A stretch of DNA of 63,738 nucleotides, the filler included, from Hyphochytrium catenoides (lineage: Eukaryota; Protista; Hyphochytriomycota), in assembly GCA_900088475.1 (NCBI GenBank). It is 10 parts of 10 records of this genome, joined end to end, with 100 filler letters (N's around TTAATTAATTAA, not from the genome) between each part and the next. Parts side by side here need not be neighbours in the genome. Positions count along the whole stretch, not along the records: positions 1 to 18,335 come from FLMG01003714.1; positions 18,436 to 21,575 come from FLMG01004598.1; 8 more parts are not named here. One strand, 5' to 3'. Shown piece after piece: positions 9,677 to 21,675 of the stretch; within the stretch, counting starts at the first letter, position 1, and each line of letters opens with the position of its first letter. The notes beneath the pieces were generated by a model. The model saw only the letters and a program-made list of their open reading frames with translations. It was not told where the DNA came from and did not search any database. The position numbers and the translations under genes were made by a program.

Positions 9677-12600
9677 CTACTCACCGGCGCTGTCGTCTTC
9701 GGCTCCTGCGATAGAAGAGTCCACAGCGGCGCTAGTGTTCCCAATTCTTCCTGAAAACATCCCCTCAGATCCAGCAGCGGCCACTGCGGCGGCAAGGGTA
9801 GCAGCGCCGCCAAAGGACCTCTTCTTCTGCGGACCACCAAGTGGCCGTCGGGTGCCCCGAACAGCGTAGCTGGAGGATCGGCGTGGAGTGGATAGGGGCA
9901 GACCGCGCCGGTCCCGAGCCGTGCTGCTGGCAGGATGTGTGGGCCGCCTGACGCGGATGTTGGTCTCTGTGAGCTCGTCCAGCTCTTCCTCCTCGTTCAC
10001 CCCTTGTAGTGGCTGTGAGGGAGGTAAGCGGTTGAGGAGGAGGTGGATGAACGTCAGAAGGAGCCAGTCTACCCGTATACTCCTCCCACATCTCTACTTA
10101 GGACCCTTGGTGATGGCACCTTTTGAAGAGTTCAGAGGTTTGAGGCCTTAAGCCCCACCGTCTCTCTCTTCTAACCATTTCCTACGGTCTAACAGTAACG
10201 AGGCTGTGAGCGCTTTGGCGGACTCTCTTTTTCTGCCTCAGTCTAGTTAATGCCCGTTCTCTCTCTTGCTTGCTCTCAGTCAACCATAGCTCAACCCTTC
10301 TGCTTAGCTCTCTCCATCGTACCATGATCCCCTCCGTGATGACCATGCTGCAGTCCCTCAGCAGCGGCTCTAACCGGTCCTCCAGCCTTCCCAGCAGGGA
10401 GACGAACTGGTGGAGAGAGACAGTGAAAAGAGAATGACCGACGTTAAACAAGGAAGATCATGAAATGAAAAGTCAGGCAACACTAGAAGCAATAGGTCAC
10501 CTTCGCCGTATCGCAAGAGGTGACGGGTGTCTTCAGAGTGGACGTCAACAGCTGCTCGAGACCGATCTGGAGGGACAAACATAGCGTTCGGCAAGAGAGA
10601 GAAAAAGTGACTTGTCCTTCTCTGCAGCGGGCCTCACTATGTTCGTTGAACCAGCCCTCTGTGTCATGATCCTAACCCATTTTCAGGTCTATCTCTTCGC
10701 TGACATTTATTTCTCTTCTAAAGCAGGGTCATCTTCCTCACCTTGATGGGTACCATCGACTCCCGCATCCGCTGCACCTCTCCTCGAACATTTGCCGTCC
10801 TCTCCTTCACCTGGCGGAGCGTGGCCTCAGCTCCTTGCTGTACGGAAGGGAGGAACAAGCAGTCAGGTACAAGGAAAGGTTTGGTCTGTGAGACAGAAGA
10901 AGGATAAAGGGAGTCTGGTTAGGCTAATCTAGACATTGCATTAGAAGTGAGAACGGGAACCTTCGACCCCTGCGCTTCTTCAATGTTGGAAGTTGTGGCT
11001 TTTCCCCCTTCTCCCTGGCAGGTATTGCTTTCTTCTCCGTAGGCGGCAAGATCCTGCTGAAGCTGGGCCTGAAGCATTGGCAAAAGTGTTATTGTGACCA
11101 TTGCTTCTTCGTTGCTACTGTACGTTCTCTTCTTTTCCTTTCTTCTCCTTGTCGTGTCTTCAGGCCACTTTCGAGTAGCAATGCCACTCACCAGGTGCTC
11201 CTTTAATGTCCCTATCTCAGAGGCATTACGTTCATTTTGAGCCAGCAGCTCTTCCTCTAGAACCCGATGCCGCCTCATAGTCTGCACCGTATAAGTCAAA
11301 GACAGGAAACGGAGAAGTCAATGTTACTGAAGAGAAGGTTGCAGCAACGAGCGACCGCGTGAGTTGGCTCTCACCTCAATGATTGCGTCAGCATTGTTGG
11401 CAGCGAGGGGGACCCCAATCATGTTGAAAAGAGCCTCAAACCTGTGAAGTCAGATAGAAATGAGTGCCGTTCTCTGTCTCCATCCCTTGCTTCTCACGAT
11501 CTACTCCGACTCTTGTCCCTAACCTGCCGTGTATGGGCCTTACCTCGCCTCTTCATCTTGTCGACTGCGAATGTTCGTGTCGAGCTTTGCGTGTAGCAAA
11601 TGCTCCACTGGGAGGGAAAGGAAAGAAGTGGAATGGATAAGGAGGGACATTTGTTTTGAGCACCGCAAGAAGGAGAGGAGAACAGAGCGAGAGGTAAGAA
11701 TAAGAAGCAGAACCTACCAAGCATGGACGCCGCGTGTTTCCCGGTGACCTCTTCCCCTTGCTGCAGTTTGTTTATCCTAATGGACTGACGTTGGAGCATC
11801 TCTGACCGCGTGTTGAGCTGCAGTGGACAAATAAATGATGTTCAGACGAGCTGCGCAACTGGGAAGCTGAAAAGGGAATGAAGGACATCGTGATGTAAGA
11901 GAAGCGAGGAACAATATAGCAGACGGTTAGCGAGGAGGAAGAAGAGTTCCTGGCGCTACCTCCGACTCATAATAGCGCTGGATAACTTCCTTGGCCTCCA
12001 AACACTTGGCACGTTCTCTGTGCTCCTTCTCTAGCTGCTCCTGCCGCGCAGCCGTGCTGCGATGCAGTTCTTGCAACTGCTTCTCAATGGCAGAAGACGC
12101 CTCCAACTCCAGGATCCTTGTCCGCTTCCCTTCTGCAGCTTTTATCTGGTGGGCGCGAAGCGCCGTCCGCAGCGCCGTGATGTCTTTCGAGACTGCGAGT
12201 GTCTCTTCCTGCTCACAGGCCGGACGATAATGTGAAGGATCAGAGCGAAAGGGAAAGCCACTCAGAGGAAAGACAAGGGGCGAGAGGATAGGGAAAGAAG
12301 AACCTGGAGTATTACCTTCAGCCTGTTCTTCATCTGCTCGAACACCATCGCCCGGCGCAAGCTTGGCCGCGTTTTCTCTTCTCTGAGCACCCGAGTCTCC
12401 TCTTCCAGCTGCAGCAGCTGAGCCGCTATCTGTGTGAGAGACTGGCGGTAAGATATTGGAGGAGGAGAGAGATGCTAGAAATTGGCTAAAAGTCCTTCTG
12501 GTCTTCCTTTTAATAGGAACAGACCACCAAGGGCCCATACCTCAGGACTGCAGCTGCGAATAAGATCTGTGCGGTTTCTTCCCTTTGCTCCCGCCGATCC

Positions 12601-13423
12601 GCCTCCCCCGCCCGTGAGTCCTTTCAGGCTTTCCACCTGGGCCGTCGGGTGCTCAGTTGGCTCGTTGGTAGAGGTTCTTTTCCCCGTTGTGACGGAGGAG
12701 AAGATGGACACCGCACTCGCACGGCCGGGAAGAGGCCTATCCCTCGATTCTCCTCGCGTCTCCTGCTCTGGATTGCCTTGTACTACGTCCTGCTGGGGGA
12801 TAGTGACGATGCCGGCCGAAAGCTTCGCGAGCTGGTCCCTCTGTCCCTTCAGTCGCTCAAGTTCCTTTCTCTTTTCCTTGCAGCTGAAGGCGAGGCGGTC
12901 GTGCTCCTCTTGAGAGGCGCGGAGGATCTCTCGCACTTGACTGCAGAAATCTGAGAGAATTTCAGTCTCAGATGCCTGAGTCTCGAACTGTCGTAGGGCC
13001 TGCAGTGCGTTCGGTATGGGGAAGCGAGCAGTTGAGGCAGCGGGAGCGTGAGGAGACGGTGAGAAGAGTAAGAGTTTCTTTGACAGTCAGTTCGGAATCC
13101 TTGCCAGGAGAGGCGTGAGATTATGCGTAAAGGGACACCGTGAACGAACAAAAGAAAAATAAGAATGTGACTGCTTCTACTGTCTCCCTGGATCCTACCG
13201 CGTAGAGCTGTTCCGTTGTAATGCGCTCTCGCTTTTTAGCTCCTCCCCCCATCGCAGTGCCATCCGGAGATGGCGCAGCAGGAGCAGAACCAGGTCGGTG
13301 CACTGACGCCGCCCCAGCGCTTTGGGCTCCTCCTCTGTCCATGCCTGCTCCCTTGATCCCCCGGATCTGGGGGTTAGGTGCGGAGCGCTGTGAAGAAGGA
13401 GTTAGAGGAGGAGCGCCGTCCAT
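9677..13423 (-). CDS. Multi-exon coiled-coil protein, possibly outer-dynein-arm docking complex-like (CCDC114/CCDC151 type); boundaries approximate
   Basis: Series of minus-strand exons with GT..AG edges encoding heptad-rich segments (ITTEQLYA|ALRQFETQ...KELERLKGQRDQL; IEKQLQELH...QEQLEKEH; FEALFNMIGV...ADAIIE; EELLAQNERNASEIGTLKE; AQLQQDLAAY; ELTETNIRV). Strong-context ACCATGG at 13423. Family call is by-eye resemblance only. Confidence 0.45.
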
Positions 13424-15823
13424 GGTGACGGCGTCTTTCGACACTCTGACCGACCGCCCTGCAGGGCCTTCTTTGCACTGCTGGTAGTAGCAGAATCCCG
13501 CCTTGCTCTGTCTACGGGCGTCGGATGATCCTATCACTGCATTGTGGATCTCGCTCCTCGCTCCCGCTTCCCCTCCTACTCTTTCTCTGTCGTCTTCTTC
13601 TTTGGTTCCTCCTGCTTCCTCAGCCAGTGTAAGCTCTGATTTCACTGCAGTCCTCGCCTTCCCTTGAACTGCTCACCTCTCCATGATCCCGTGAAGCGGC
13701 GACGACCATGAAGCGACAAGGGAGCTTTCTATCTTCTTGGCTCCGCAGTTCTGTCTCCTCTGTCACTTCTGCTTGCCCTCCTCTTCCGTCCACTCTTCAG
13801 TATCTCGCATCATTCACCAGTTGCCTCTTCTCTCTCCTCCTGCTGCCGCTGCCCTGCGGACCCTGACTGTCAGTCGTCACGAGTCAGAAGGTCGAGGATG
13901 AGGCCCCAGCTTCGCAGCCCGACTCTACTCACTGAACAGGTAATACTGTAATAACAGGCGCAGAGAGGGGAGAGGGGAAGCGGAAATATACTGTAACGGC
14001 CGGGCAGATCTAAGTAAGTATCGGTACTTGCATAAATCTGGATTTGTTTCAAAAGAATTACTGGATTACAGGTAAGAGGGCGTATGAAGAGGGGTTGTAC
14101 ATCTTATTACTCTACCAACTAGCTAGCTAATAATAAGCAGGAGGAATCCATCCCTGTTCCCACCCACGACCTCCATGAACAAATTGGATTAGAAGTTCTG
14201 CTAGTAGGCAATGATCACCTGGCACTGGGAACATAGCTAGAGAGGGCCATTAACCCCACAAGACTAAAAGTCCAGGAACGATAAAAGAGAGGGGAAAGGA
14301 AAGGAGGTTTGAACAGCAGGAATGTGGTTTTGGCTTAGTGTTAAGGCTGAACACCTTCCCCAGAAACGATTATTATCACTAAAGTCATAGGGTAGCCTCC
14401 CTTAGGGGTGGGGCCGTGGAGCCTTGGCGACATGAATGCAGAATCTGTTAACTTGTGGACATCCCTAACTAACTTCTTGTCCTCCTAATCTGCAGATCAT
14501 CTGCACGATATTCGCGTTAGGACCGGCTTATTCCAGTGAAAGGCCTACAGTAATAGCGCTTTCCATTTGAAACAGTTATTTAGGATTATCACTTAGTCCA
14601 TCTGATACCAGACCTTCGGTTGTGCTGCTGTACAGTCGGTCCTAATAAAACGATGACCACGGATTAATGACAAAACGGCGCCACGCCAACATGACGTTCA
14701 TCGCATAGATGGATGAGGAAACGACGCTAATAGGAGAAACTAGACCCCCAGTGAGGTTAGTAGTAGATGTTCTTCCGAATCTATCGTCTGGTTGCTTGAC
14801 CACTTGATAGAACGACACAATAACACTCCAGCCAGCATGTAAGTAAGTTTGTGGCAGTTTTCGTCATCATCCCCTCTGTTGCCGCTTGCGATACACGTGC
14901 GAAACTTTTGCTTGTCTTCCTAATAACTATGAAAAATGATTGTTTACGGCTAATCTTCTACCGGAGGCCCTACTGCTCTTCTTATTTCATCAATCTACCA
15001 CAAACGAGAAGGCACGGACTAGTACCGCCTGCTGCCAGTGGAGTGTAAGAACCCGTGGCTGTCGTGCCCACTTTTCTTGTTCAGAAGATATGTCATCAAC
15101 CTGTAGTGCTACTTCTTCTTGACTATTGATTCCTTTAAAGTCGCTAGAAAGCAGATGTCAAAGAAGATGTATAAGGACATAATCGGCAGCGAAAAAAGCA
15201 GGCAGGAAGTAAGCACCAAGCTGGCCCATCATTGAGGGCATCATATACTAATAGAGGTGCTGTTGTCCTCTGCCTATAATATGTGGTCACTTCCACTTTA
15301 GCAGGTGGTGCATGGAGCACAGCTCACGCGTGCGAGGGATACGGTTTTATTAACCTTGTTAAGCGCAGGAGAAGGGATGGTAGTCCTGGCACTATCTATC
15401 TGAATTCAATCAAGTTATGGCCCTCAGGAAGGAGAACTCTCTTCTCTCTTATCCTCTATTTGAAGAATAGCTTTGTTTGCTCTGTCTCTCAATACTCATC
15501 GTTTTCCTCATGTAGTGTGCCCTCTTGCTAATCTTCCGCTATGGATTTATTATGGGGCAGTTCAATAACCTTTCTCCAAGGGAAAGTCCTAGATTATGAT
15601 GATGACGATCGAGACTTCTGCCGGCCCCAGAGTAAAAAGAAGGCTAAACGAGAGCACTCAGCTCTCTCTCTTGAATCACACCTGTGGGGTTTTCAAGGAG
15701 TCATCAACAAGAGAGAACGTGCAAATTCCGATGATGTTTTAGAGGAAGAGTCTCTTGTGGACTTTCTGGGTGGTCCTTGCTAGTTTCATGTAGTATGAGT
15801 TGAGAGTACTTTTTGTTGGGCTT

Positions 15824-15888
15824 TGATCGACGCTGGAACCAAAAGGTGTACAGCGGACGACGCAGAGGGGAAAACCCCTGGTAAATAA
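15824..15888 (+). repeat. Dispersed repeat, copy 1; Helitron-like 3' end
   Basis: TGATCGACGCTG...GTGTACAGCGGACGACGCAGAGGGGAAAACCCCTGG|TA, near-identical to 18268-18335. Short GC palindrome followed by CTGG-T. Confidence 0.5.
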
Positions 15889-15911
15889 ACAAAACGGAGA
15901 TTAGTTAAAGA

Positions 15912-15991
15912 GTACGTTTAGTGTATGGTGCATACTGGTTAGGGTGTCGGCAGCAAAGAAAGAGGTCTTGCGTTCGAATCTTGGAGCGTAC
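15912..15991 (+). pseudogene. Degenerate tRNA-like sequence (pseudo-tRNA or SINE head)
   Basis: 7-bp terminal stem GTACGTT/AGCGTAC, A-box-like TAGTGTATGG, B-box GTTCGAATC, and tRNA-Pro-like TTAGGGTG and AGAGGTC. Anticodon and T stems pair poorly. Confidence 0.3.
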
Positions 15992-16872
15992 AAAACTATC
16001 CTCCGTTATATTCAGGCCCCCCCCCCAATATTTCATTTCAAAGTGCTCACCATCCAATGATAAAATCTAACATGTGAGAGTACTTTCATCATTGGCCCAC
16101 TTTTAGAAGCTCAAGTACATAATGCGCCAATGACAGAGGTGGTTTTGCTAAAATAGACATGGATATCCGTACCTTACCTAAAATGATCAGTAACAGTACG
16201 GACTATCATTTTCGGAGTGGGCCGAAGGGAGGTTCATGGCTCTAATCGCCATTGTAATACAACTTATATTCTGCTACCAGTATTGGATTTGTATGGGATG
16301 ATTGGGCAATGTCATTAGATGAAAGTGCTCTACTATAAACCCAACTAGGGTCCCAGAATCTAGAGCTATTTGACTATCCAACCCAACGATTCCTAATAAA
16401 AGGTAAGATACTCGGTCATAGTAGAGATATCGTTGTGCTGGACAGTCAGTCCTGAAGTATTCTGGGGTTGTGACCATAAGCCATAGATATAAACAGGGAC
16501 ATCTTGTTCTCGTTTGCTCCGTATCTCGGCTTCTACTGGGAGGAGTTTGGAGCTGGAACTTGAGTAGCTGAGCTTGCCAAATTGTACTCCACATAGCTGT
16601 ACTCTCAGACTCCAACACTTCCCCGCAGCTCGAAATCCCTAAAGTGAAAGGTCGAAGCTGAACATTCAACACCTCTGGGATGCTGTGGACCCGCTAGGAA
16701 GAAATAAGTTGATTCTTGGGTTTCCATAATAGCACCGATTTCTTGATGTACGTTGAACAGCGATGTTGGCGAGATGATGTTTCCTTAGCTGAAACTTTGG
16801 TAGTTAAGCTTGCCAACTTGTAGGCCACATAGCTGTGCCCTCAGACTCCAACATCGACAGCCACACTGATTC

Positions 16873-18141
16873 CGAAGAGCCTCTCAGTTACAAAGAGGCC
16901 ATCTCTTGCCAGCAGCTGACACGTGGAAGGAGGCTATGGAGGAAGAAATGAAGTCATTACAGGACAATGAGACTTGGGAGCTTGCTAAGTTGCCAAAGGG
17001 GAGGAAGGCCATCAGTTGTAAGTGGCTTTTCAAGATAAAGCGCGACAAGAATGGTCATGTCAACAGACACAAAGCAAGACTCGTTGCGCGGGGTCTTACC
17101 CAAGTGGAAGAGATAGACTACCAGGAAACCTTTTCTCCCGTGGTAAAATATGTGGATGACCTCCTCATAGCATCAAATGATCCTGAGGAGGAGACCCGAC
17201 TGAAAAGGAAGCTTCAACGATCCTTCAAGATGACTGACTTGGGTTGTCTCTCCTACTTTCTGGGTCTTGAGGTGAAGCAGGAGGACGGACAGGTCAAGGT
17301 CTCTCAGCATGGCTACATCGAAAGTCTACTCAGGAGGTTTGGGATGCAAGACTGCAAACCAGCGCACACTCCTCTCTGTCTCTCTGGCTTAGAGAATCTT
17401 TTTCTGGTCTCACCACTTACAGAAGAGGGTCTGCGTGAGAAATACATGGCGGCTTTGGGCTCAGTGATGTATGCGATGCTGGGCACAAGACCTGATATTG
17501 CTTATGTCGTGGGCTTGCTCGGGAGATTTTCTTCGAAGCCTACGATGGCTCACTGGACAGCCATGAAGCGGCTCCTCCAGTATCTTGAGGCCACTGGGGA
17601 CTACTGCCTTACCTATAGTAGGGGACAATCATCTGAAGGATTAACTTCTTCTTTTCTCGTTGGGTTCACGGACGCTGACTGGACAGGTGACAAATGGGAC
17701 CGAAAAAGCACTTCCGGTTATGCTTTTTTCTATGGTGGCGCAGCTGTGACATGGAGGTCAAAGAAACAGACGACTGTGGCTCTTTCCAGCACCGAAGCAG
17801 AGTACATTGGCCTATCTGAAGCCGCAAAGGAGGCGGTGTGCCTTCGTCAGCTTCTAAAGGACCTTGGAGCAGGAGACCCGGCTGCGACGGTACTCTATGA
17901 GGATAATATGGGCTCAATCTTTCTGAGCAGCCATCCAGTTGGCCATCAGCGAACAAAACACATAGAGGTTCGATGTCACTTTGTTTGCCACAAGGTGGAA
18001 GAAGGGGAAGTAAAAATTACTCACTTGGAGACAGAAGCGATGATAGCGGATGTGCTAACGAAGGCTCTTCCTAGAGACAAGCACGCGCGGTTTGCCCAAG
18101 CTTTGTCGGGAGACTTCGCCTCCTACTCTAGCGCAACATAG
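16873..18141 (+). mobile_element. pol: Ty1/Copia pol fragment: internally deleted reverse transcriptase plus RNase H
   Basis: EPLSYKEA..WKEAMEEEMKSL..TWEL..CKWLFKIK..KARLVARG..IDYQETFSPVVK|YVDDLL..FKMTDLG..TRPDIAY..FTDADWTGD..SSTEAEY..YEDN..RTKHIEVR..IADVLTK. No gag, protease or integrase upstream. Confidence 0.95.
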
Positions 18142-18148
18142 TCAGAAC

Positions 18149-18267
18149 GAGTGGGAGTGTTACGAGAGTGAGCGTTACGACTATATGGCAGTGGTAGGAG
18201 TTTGTGGTGCTGAACTCATTGCAGCATCATCTCTCTGGAATCTGTGGCATTGTAGCATGTTGAACTG
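18149..18267 (+). mobile_element. Copia polypurine tract and start of the 3' LTR
   Basis: GAGTGGGAG (18149-18157) is followed directly by TGTTA at 18158, 8 nt after the pol stop: the classic Copia PPT/LTR junction. The LTR end is not identifiable. Confidence 0.7.
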
Positions 18268-18335
18268 TGATCGACGCTGAAAACCAAAAAAAGTGTACAG
18301 CGGACGACGCAGAGGGGAAAGTCCCTGGTATATAA
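18268..18335 (+). repeat. Dispersed repeat, copy 2; Helitron-like 3' end, at the contig end
   Basis: Near-identical to 15824-15888 and ends GTCCCTGG|TA. Confidence 0.5.
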
Positions 18336-18435
18336 NNNNNNNNNNNNNNNNNNNNNNNNNNNNNNNNNNNNNNNNNNNNTTAATTAATTAANNNNNNNNN
18401 NNNNNNNNNNNNNNNNNNNNNNNNNNNNNNNNNNN
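18336..18435. other. Artificial contig linker. Identical linkers at 21576-21675, 25587-25686, 33752-33851, 45315-45414, 50069-50168, 56673-56772, 60327-60426 and 62487-62586
   Basis: 44 N + TTAATTAATTAA (stops in all six frames) + 44 N, exactly 100 bp each time. Confidence 0.98.
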
Positions 18436-18437
18436 CA

Positions 18438-18474
<37 letters not shown>

Positions 18475-18795
18475 GGGAGAGAAAGAGAGAGTAGGGGAGA
18501 GAGAGAGAGGTAGTTGAAAGAAGAGAGAGAGTGAGCAAGACTGTGGAATGAAAGAAGGAGCCAGAGTCAAAAAGGAGTGACGAGTCGAACTCGAAGAGAA
18601 GACAGCGATATAGATATTGATGGCAAGACAGGAGAAGAGAGAGAGAGAGAGACAGCAACAGAGATAGAGAGAAAGACAGATAGAGAGCCCGAGAGAGGGG
18701 ATAGAGGAGAGCTAGAAAGGGAGCGAGCCAGAGTAAAAAGAGTTCAAGTAGAGGAAGAAAACAAGAAAGAAGAGAGAGAGATATGACAAATTTAC

Positions 18796-18973
18796 CCTTG
18801 CTCCGCGAAGAAAGCGAGCATGTTTGTCTTTCCCACCGCTGCATCGCCGACAAGCACCACTTCAATGTCGGCAAGAGAGAGAGAGAAAGAGAGTCAATGA
18901 GACACAGAGATAGATAGAGAGAGTGAGATAGATAGATAGATAGATAGAAAGATGGAGAGAGAGAGGGGCAGGG

Positions 18974-19020
<47 letters not shown>

Positions 19021-19239
19021 CGATGCAGGGAGAGAGAGAGAGAGAGAGAGGGAGAGAAATTACAATGCAGGGAGAGGGAGAGACCGATGGAGAGGGTGAA
19101 GAGGGAGAGATAGGAATGTAGAGAACGGTCGTGGGAGAGAGAGAGAGAGAGACCTAAGGGATTCGTTAATTCTTCTCTCTTCCATATTCAGCTCTGTCTT
19201 ACCTTTATAGAGCACGTCATAAGTGGCCTCCGTCTCCAT
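18796..19239 (-). CDS. Rab-family small GTPase, first two exons (rest beyond the contig end)
   Basis: Exon 19239-19203 plus exon 18859-18796 splice to METEATYDVLYK|VVLVGDAAVGKTNMLAFFAEQG: the Rab YD-x-L-x-K start and a GDxxVGKT P-loop. Donors are GTAAG and GTAAA. Confidence 0.85.
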
Positions 19240-19803
19240 GATAAAGGTCAAAAGAGGAATCAGGTTGGGAAGGAGAGAGAAACAGTCGGAAAGAGACGGG
19301 AAAGAGAGATAACAAATAGAAAGAGAAAGAGAGAGAGAGAAAGTAGAAAGAGAGACTCAAGCTGCTGAACAGTGGAATGGCGTCTGAAGCTTGAGAGATT
19401 CTTGGACTTCCGGCCTTTATAGAACAATGACAGGCAGAACCAAAGCTAATGGGAGTCTTGTCCCTTAAACTTCTTCACTCTCTCTCCCGCGTCTCACTTC
19501 TCGGCTCTTACTCTCTCTCTCTCTTCTCTCTCTCTCTCTCCCCTTTCTCTCTCTCCTCTCTTCTCCCTCTCTGAAGTCATCCAGACCGCTCATCTATAAT
19601 CGGAGATATGAAAAGGAGGTATCCAAAAGACAGAGAAGGAATGACGGAGAGAGAGAAGACAGAAGAAAGAACGTATACAGGAGGAGGCGAACAAGGATAA
19701 ACAAGTGAGCAGAGAAGAGAAGAGAGAAGAGATGGAGAGGTTGAGAGTTGAACAGAAAGAGGGGAGGAGAGACAGGAGATAGAGGAGATAGAGGCAAAAG
19801 AGA

Positions 19804-19847
<44 letters not shown>

Positions 19848-20013
19848 GACTGAACATCATACTGGCGGAGGACGACTCATAAAAGATCCAAAAGTAACAA
19901 GACAGAAATAATATTAAGAATAATCCTTTAGGGACCTCTCTCTTTGTGAAACTAAAGCTACGTTATTTGGGATATGCACGTCCGTTACCGAACTTTTGTT
20001 GCAACATTTTCTG

Positions 20014-20063
<50 letters not shown>

Positions 20064-21675
20064 CTCTCTACCTCTCTCTCTCTACTGTCCTTTCTCCCTA
20101 TCAAACTTCAATCCCCTTCTCCCAAGAGCCCACGCTTGCCTGCATTCCTCTTGGGAAGCTGCAGAAGACGACCAGCAGCAGCAGCTGCTAACACGAGTCC
20201 TCACAGCAAAGTGGCTGGTCTTCAAGAATCAACTGCCGCACTGGGCCAGACCACAGTGTCGAGCGCGATGAAGCTAGCAGCAGACGCGCGGCCTCCTACA
20301 TTTCTCTCTCGTCTGTTCATCGAGAGAAAGGAGACATTGAGGCTGCTATCCACCCCAAATGCCCGCTTCTTCCCTGCGTTAGAGTCTCCCTTCTCTCTCT
20401 CGGATGTATAAGAACCCATGTTTCCGCCTGCTGTCTCTCTTCTTGGCCAACTGTCTGTGCGTATCTCTCCATTGGATTGACTTTCCTCTTGCAGATTGGG
20501 AACTTCCACTAGCTCTAGTGCTTCATGTTAGCCATGGAAGGACGAAGATTGGATGAGGCTCGTGCTAGTGCATTCCCTGCATCACTTTCCCGCTTCCCAG
20601 ACTGGCAGAGACGCGTTGCACATCCTCAGTAGCTTGTCAGTGTGCAACCTTTTGTTCAGAATCGAGTCTATCTTAGAAAATGCTCCAGATGGTACCTACC
20701 TCAGGTGCAAGGGAATGTAGCCAATGGCCAGCCGGTGTCTCCTCCTTTATGATAGAGTCCTATGCCACGTGGCGGGTAGTGGCTGAAGCTGCCACCGAGA
20801 AGGCTGTGCAGCTTTTTGCTTGGAAGATAGAGGCAGTGATAGGTGCAAAGCGCCGGACTTTTGTCTCTCCAGACGTCGACTGGTGTGCGTCCTAGCGGAC
20901 GAAGGTCTTCACGGTCAATAAGCTCAAAGTTACGGAGAAAGCCTTAAGAGGTACTCCTCTTGCCTGTCAGCAAAGCTGGTCATGACAGAGGCAGAGCAAG
21001 GTCTAGTGGGCTAGAACAGTGGGAAGTTGTTCTTTGTCATCAACAGAAGGGAAAGGAATGACCTGGTCAGGACAGGGAATGAGTCGACATAGGTGGCTAA
21101 TCTTTGCCTAGCAGGTGAGGAAGACATCAAAGGTTCTTAGAGTCAGTGGCTCTCTCATGGTCCAGGACTCGTGCCCGGCTGCTGCGCTGCGGCTGTTACT
21201 TTGGTCGCGATACTTGTGCCACGATGAGTATGCTAATAGTTCATCAACTCTCTGCTGAGGGCGGTGCGGTCGTTGCATTCCCTACCAGTCCACACCTTTC
21301 ACCTCTCAGGTGGCAGAACCCCATGTAGAAACAGAGCAACCTAATGACCAGCTACGCTGCACGGAAGTAAGAGAGTCTTCATCTTCAATTGTCTTCCTTT
21401 GGGCGGACGTTCCGCCTTAAGCTCTCATGAACGTTGAGAAAGGAAATATGCGCTCTCGCCTTGAACCAAACTGCCTTAAAAAAGCGTGAGAAATGCTCCC
21501 ACATGCGAGCTTTCCTTCGATCCACAACTCTCAGAGAACGGAGGTCCTGACCTGCCTGAAATGCCTAAGACACGGNNNNNNNNNNNNNNNNNNNNNNNNN
21601 NNNNNNNNNNNNNNNNNNNTTAATTAATTAANNNNNNNNNNNNNNNNNNNNNNNNNNNNNNNNNNNNNNNNNNNN

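Noticed and set aside
15824-18335. The two 65-bp direct repeats as the LTRs of the Copia element
   Set aside because: The true 3' LTR starts at 18158 right after the PPT; the repeat starts 110 bp later, and no PBS, gag or integrase follows copy 1.
20100-21575. Possible minus-strand exons
   Set aside because: Splice-like signals exist, but I could not build a consistent reading frame or recognise a product.
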